From the human T2T-CHM13v2.0 reference genome, Homo sapiens, in the NCBI RefSeq assembly GCF_009914755.1, contig NC_060937.1: a stretch of DNA of 64,000 nucleotides. One strand, given 5' to 3'. Made by a program: the position numbers and the translations under genes. Below the pieces are notes generated by a model. It was not told where the DNA came from. It was given only the letters and a program-made list of their open reading frames with translations, and made no database searches. This document shows positions 43,425 to 64,000 of this stretch, in pieces. Positions within the stretch are counted from its first letter, which is position 1; every line of letters begins with the position of its first letter.

Positions 43425-46400
43425 GCTATGTGTTCAAAAAAATGTTTTTTTTATTGAATTGAATGGGAGCTAAAGTAGGATAAAGTGGAGCCAAATTATA
43501 AATAGGAATATAGGTAGGAGTTCATTCATTCAGTAAATATTTATTGAATGCTTATTGTGTCCAGGCCCTGTTCTCAGCTCTTAGAATACATCCATGAACA
43601 AACCAGATAAAAACTTCTGCCCTTGCGCAGCTTATACTCTAGATCGTAAGGGATGGGATTAGCAATAAATTTACATAAATTCAACCATACCTACTGGAAA
43701 AAGACACATGCATGGAAATTATTAATGCTATAAGAATCTCTTGATATGCAGTTTGTATTTTTGTACTTAATATAAGCATAATATATTCATACCTACATAT
43801 CACTCCACAGGGATTTAAACTTTAAGACTACAAAGAGAAATTTATTGGTAATTTAGGAGATTTTCAAGGACCATTCTGAGCATGCTCAATTTTGTCCTTA
43901 GGCACGGTCTTTAAAACCTAACCACCTTACAAGTTGTGACTCCACTGTACCAAAATGAAGACTCTGAGACTTTTGGGCAAAAGAACCATTTTAAGTATTT
44001 GAGTATGAGAAAGATGACAGGATGAATCCACATTCTCTCAGATTAATCTGGTAACAAGGAACAAGAAAGAGTACATTCATCTGAATATACATGGTCAGGT
44101 AACAGTGGAATTCACATCAAGAATTTTTTAAAAAAAGAAACCAGTTCATGACATGTCCCATTGTTTTAAGACAACTAAAACAGTAAGAGCTCAATGTCAT
44201 AAGTATTTATAAGCAACTCTTAATTATAAAATCCAAAGGAAAAATTCTTAACATAACTGGCTTTAGTATGATTAAAGGTTTCTCATTTGCATATATGTTT
44301 CAGAGTATTTAAAAAGAATGCCAAGAAAAATCATTTTTAAATTTTGCAATAATTTTACTCTATATACATTGATACCAATCATTTAACCCTGAAAACACAG
44401 TCTTCACTAACACAATGTAAAAAAATTTTTTGACAGTAAATGACCAGAAATATTGCATTACCATAAAGCTACAAAGAGGCTCATGCTCCTAAGAGCAAAG
44501 TTAGGAAAACAAAAAAATAATAATTATACCAGTGATAAGCACCAAGACAGAACTTTTTTGCACTTAGGGCCTGATTGGTTGTATTTAAACATAACTTCTA
44601 CATTAGAGGGCCAAAATAACACCTTATAATAATGGCCTGAAAAAAAAAGATAAAAATACACAAATACATACAAAGGTCTCGAAACAGTGAAGAATGCCCA
44701 CTTTAAAAATAAAATCAATCATACTCATTTTTAAATTAATGTGACATTTGCAAAATATATTTATATATCACTTTTCTTCCTTCTTAAGTTATTTTATACA
44801 ATTCAGATTGCTCCATTTTTTTTCATCAGTTGTCACACTAAAGTAAACAAATATGTTAAATTATGTAGGTTTGCAGTAATGAATCCAAACCATTAGCGCT
44901 AGATTGAGTAGCTCCAGCAATCTTCCTTGCAACTCACTCCAGCTGGTGAAACAGATTATTTATCTTCATAATTTTAAAAGCCTTAGCCAGGTGAGAGAGA
45001 GAGAGAGTGTGTGTGTGTGTACAAGTTTGCCAGAGCAGTGTGAGACAGTAAGTACCAACCAGAAAGAGGTGAGACATACAAACAAGCTTACACAATGGTC
45101 CAACTAACCCCTAAAAGACTTGGGCAGTCAGACACTGAGTTACCCTCAAAATAAACCTGAGGCTGAGCAATGGGGGAACCAGAGGATCTGTCACCACAAT
45201 GAAGAGTCAGTGACAGGTTTGGAAAACAAAAACTAAAGTGGGATGTCTCAGGCACAGCATTCCTGTGACACTGGAGGATACGAAGCAGCAATAGCCACTT
45301 TTCAGGCAGAGATAAGGGATTGGGATCCCCTGGGTCTGCAGCTGAGGGTCCCTGGCACTTCCCAGAGGGCACTGCAGCAGCCTCTGGCAGTGGCCCTCCA
45401 CCTTACCCACTGACAATGTCTTAGGGGTCCCAGAGTGTGAACCTGGGCATCCCTCTTCCTGGTCCCAAGGGTGCTCCCAATACAATACTTTCCCTCCCGC
45501 AGGCTTGGCCAAAACCATCACCACCCTTTCACTTCCAACTCAGTTTCAGAAAGGGTGTCTCCTGTCCTGTGGGGTCCCTGAGTTTGAGATAATGCGAACA
45601 TACTGGAGGCTGTAGCAATAACATGTGAAGTCAGGCAGTCACTTTAAAACCTAAGCAATCTACATGCAGTATTAGCCAGTTGTTGTTATCTCAGTAACAT
45701 TTCTTACCGAAGTAGTTTTTCCACACAACTTACAACATAAAGGACAAAGAAAAAATATTGCTGGAATATGATAGACTTTTTAAAGTTCAGTGTTGAAACT
45801 CCTTATGGAAAAGAAAAGGAGATATTACTTTTCCACTTTCTATTTCCTGTCTGTGGCTTTGAGGTAAAAGAACACTAAGGTTCCTGTGAAGTTCCCTCTG
45901 CCATTCCACCAGCACAACAATCCCAGGGAATTCCTGAGCCGTCTACCTCCTAAATTTGTAATCATAACTCTGGGCATGTCTATACAGCTCTCTAGTTCAG
46001 TTTCAAAATCCACAGCATTTGGAAACAAAATGACACAGTTGCATTCTTTAAATGCCAGTCATGAAATCATCACTTAAAAAAACAAAGAGAAACTAGATAG
46101 AATATATATAAATATATGTGTCAAATAAAATTATTTCATTTTTAAAGGTATTTTATTTGGTATGTTGAAGACATGTCTATGACTGCTTCTAAAAGCCCTG
46201 GGGAGGAGCCTCATATAGCATGCTGCAGTATATTTTGTCCCAACATTGTCATGTGCAATCAGTGAATTTCAGTTACACCAAAATAATAATCTAACCTGTC
46301 TGAACATGCAACTTCTCTTTTTATTCTCTGCAAAACTAAATTCCCTTCTTTATAAAATGATTAGATTTGAGGATCAAGTTAAAATCCACTATATTCCAAG

Positions 46401-46650
46401 TTAAACTCTGAGGGTTCTGCACTATAGCATGATTTTAAATTCATATTGGCATTCACTTTTCTGAATTTTCCTATGCGTATACTAAATAAATTTCCTGGAC
46501 CATATTTAGTGAGAAATTAAAAGAGATTTACATTGCACTGTGAAGTTCCAATAAATTCTCAATTGATCGGGGTTTATCTCTTAGCTCAATGTCATACAAC
46601 CTCTACATGACGCAAGCATATGGACAAAAAGGATTTTAAATACAAAACCC
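43425..46650 (-). other. VPS36: VPS36 long 3'UTR with candidate proximal AATAAA signals (46320-46325, 46152-46157) and distal ones (43540-43545, 43450-43455)
   Basis: Alu-free, AT-rich stretch following the stop codon, with tttatt hexamers on the + strand. The true 3' end is inferred. Confidence 0.65.
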
Positions 46651-58040
<11,390 letters not shown>

Positions 58041-60424
58041 CTGAAATGAGAAATGAATTTTGGTTGAAATCCATCTAAAGAATTAAAATGACTTAAAAAA
58101 ATGAAGCACCCTCTATTTTTTCCCCATAAAAATTTGAAATTTTCAGCCGGGCGCAGTGGCTCACGCCTATAATCCCAGCACTCTGGGAGGCCGAGGCAGG
58201 CAGATCACGAGGTCAGGAGATCGAGACCATCCTGGCTAACACGGTGAAACCCCGTCTCTACTAAAAATACAAAAAAAATTAGCCGGGCGTGGTGGCGGGC
58301 GCCTGTAGTCCCAGCTACTCAGGAGGCTGAGGCAGGAGAATGGCGTTAACCCAGGAGGCGGAGCTTGCGGTGAGCCGAGATCGCGCCACTGCGCTCCAGC
58401 CTGGGCGACAAAGCAAGATTCTGTCTCAAAAAAAAAAAAAAAAATTTAAATTTTCTTGCAAATATCAATTTGTTAATAACTATTTATATAAATAATAAAT
58501 CTACCTTATTCTAAAATTTCATTTTAGCTAAAAAACCATACATTTTCCAAACAAACTGCAAAAGAACTTCACATTTTCAAAGAAAATAATTATTATTGAT
58601 TAAATAAGCAAAAGGTGATATAAACAGTAGTTCAGAAAATATTATTTACTGTTATTTGAGAAAAGTAAGAAATTCTGTCACTGTCACTGGTTTTTTCTAA
58701 AATCATTTTCTAATAGGAAGTCTCTAAGAATCAAAAGCACTACAAAGCTTTCCTGGTTGAAAATGGCAATACACAGCTGCAGGAATAGTTCTCTGGGCAC
58801 AATAATTTTGGCTTTAAACAGGTATTACTTAACTGAAACAGTAAGTTTAGCAAGTAAGATAATCAGTTTAAGTAAGATAATCAGCCTCTGATTATCATAC
58901 TCATTATGCTTGTAGATATGGTGGCTATCACAAAAGAAAAACATTCAAATACCATCTAAATGTATCTACATAGAATCAACTGTTTAATTTGCTACAGCAA
59001 AAAACTACTTCAAAGGCCTCTTTGAATTTAAATATATTTATAATAAATTATTTCAAGTTACTGAAAATATACTCCCAGTGCAGAATCTTATCTAATTGAT
59101 GCATACAGATGTTATTTTTTAAAACCAGTTAAGCAGCTTGTCATTAACTGAAATATCAGTCCATATGGTGGTCTGAAACATATAATAGTGGCTCTGATCA
59201 GCTTATGCCCATCTGCAGGAAAGCATCCCCCATCTGCAAAAGGATTTTGCTAAAAGAATAGTGTGTTGCGTATTCTTATGGCCAACTCACTAAGGTTAAT
59301 AACTGAAAACAAAGGGGAATGTGCACACACCTAACAGGAATTTCCTTAGATAAACAAAAGGCTTAAACACTGGATTCTTATCAGCTAGAGCCAGCAGATG
59401 CAGGAAACCCTTTGTGAGAAACTCTGGGCGCCAGCTCTGAAACTAAGTCAATTCTAACATTTAAATAGAGGGCAAATCACACACCAACCTAGTTTTCAAA
59501 AATAAAACACACATTTTGCACACTTAGGTTTTTACTTTTAATATATAAGATATTAATAGATTTTTTTATCTGTGTAAAGAAAACTGGTAAAGATAACACT
59601 TTTAAATTGTATATGGTAAATCACTGTATTTATTATATTATGTTGCTGTAGAAAAAATAAGCTGAGAGTCCACAAAGAATATGTAAATAAGTCCTGTAAA
59701 CTTATACATAGGCAATAAAAAAAGTAAATATTTTTGTGCCTTAGAAGAAATGTCTATAAATATTTTAAGTGATTATAAAACACAGAGAAAAGCTTCCTCA
59801 CTTTTATTTTTATAATTATTATAAAATTTGGAATTAGTCAACTATCAAAAAATGAGTAAAGAAACTACCTACAATAAAAATTAAAGCAAAAGAGATGCAC
59901 ATATCCATTCTATAATTGCATCTGCCAGTTTATGGAACCTTGTATCCCTCTACCACACCTATAGTCAAATTTCCACTCCAATTTTGAGAAAAACAGCACC
60001 TGTTTTAAAACCAGGAGTACCCCCTTAAGCTGACTTACAGCATGATTTCTTACTTACTTTTAGTTATCACTTTGGCTATTAGCATCAGTAACTCAGTATA
60101 TTCTTGATTTTCCACTTCAGTACTCTTGAATGTGCCTTGCATATTCCATTCCCTTTTCCTGGGTTCTTCTTATCCATGCTGGTCATCTGCTAGAGCCTAT
60201 TCATCTTTCAGCCTTTGACTTCCATATTCCTGCTGCTAGCAAGCCCTCCGTGACCTCAACAGAAGTTAGGGATCATGTTATACACCCCTGCTGCAGCCTA
60301 TATCTTCTCCTTGCAAGGTGTTTCTCCCACCGTGGATAATGCCTCTTTGCCTGCCTGTGTCTGTGCATCACCACAGTATCCACAGCCTCTGATACAAGGC
60401 CTGGCACAAAGTAGGGAGGAATAT

Positions 60425-60489
60425 CTGCTGAATAAATTAATGATCTGCATGGTTAATGACCTGCTGAATAAATTAATGGTCCGTATGGT
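60425..60489 (+). repeat. Degenerate 36-bp tandem duplication
   Basis: ctgctgaataaattaatg at 60425 and 60461. Confidence 0.8.
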
Positions 60490-60789
60490 GAGCACAATGC
60501 TTATGTAGAATCCTTTGAACTATGTGACTCCAAAAAAATTAGACTGAAACAAAATAACTTACTTTATAAATTAAGAAAAACATTATTTTCAACATAACAT
60601 TGAGTTAGTATGGCAGTATCAGAAAGAAAAATACAAGTAGCAATGCCAGGATCTAGGCAGGAGAAAGAAAAGAAAAGCAACAATGTAACCACAGACCTGA
60701 GAATGCAAGAGCCCCAAGAGAGCCAATAGGGATTCACCAGAAAGGAAGGCAGGCCAATTAGAGAACAGTGCCTAAAATGGGGAGGATGG

Positions 60790-63660
<2,871 letters not shown>

Positions 63661-64000
63661 AATCTATATTTTCAATTAGTGAGCCCAAAATAAGTATTTA
63701 AATAACTATTTGTAGTTTTAGACTTTACTTGATTGACATAAATCTTTGAAATTCTCTGAAAAGCAACCATCAACAGAATTTTACTTATGAATTACTATAA
63801 AAACCAAAGATTTACTTTAAAGCATCATTTCATAAAAAACCAAGACCATTTTTATATAAACATGGAAAAACCAGTGATATGTTTAGCTGTATTAACTAAT
63901 TACAGAATCTAATGCATAACTGGTCTTTTTAGCTAGAGTTCTTTCCCCTTCTCTTGAATTTCCTCATATATCATGAAGCCTCAGAAACACTGGAATGTAC

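Noticed and set aside
60030-60060. Two consensus-like minus-strand donors (GTAAGT) in a VPS36 intron
   Set aside because: I could not identify a convincing matching acceptor or reading frame, so an exon cannot be supported from sequence alone.

Overview
Alu-rich primate genomic DNA that I recognise as the human THSD1-VPS36 locus (13q14.3, from recall). The minus strand carries the complete THSD1 gene: a CpG-island exon 1 and four coding exons of 58+963+159+1379 = 2559 nt, encoding an 852-aa type I membrane protein with a TSP1 domain. Upstream and in tandem on the same strand is the 3' part of VPS36 (ESCRT-II): its last eight coding exons and a ~3.2 kb 3'UTR. The rest is interspersed repeat: about 45 Alus, old L1/L2/MIR fragments, an LTR12C-type solo LTR ~1 kb upstream of the THSD1 promoter, a THE1 LTR, and a Y4 RNA retropseudogene. 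Almost all other ORFs in the track are Alu/L1 translation artefacts. I see no new protein-coding system. The most unusual signals are structural or regulatory: (1) a ~540-bp inverted duplication with a perfect 76-bp inner stem in THSD1 intron 3; (2) a perfect 10-bp hairpin that sequesters the last VPS36 5' splice site; (3) a 52-nt structured mini-retroposon with an A-tail and TSD; (4) a near-identical 131-nt tract shared by two AluYs 35 kb apart; (5) an upstream ORF overlapping the THSD1 start codon. Repeat subfamily names and exon numbers are from memory and need confirmation with RepeatMasker and annotation.
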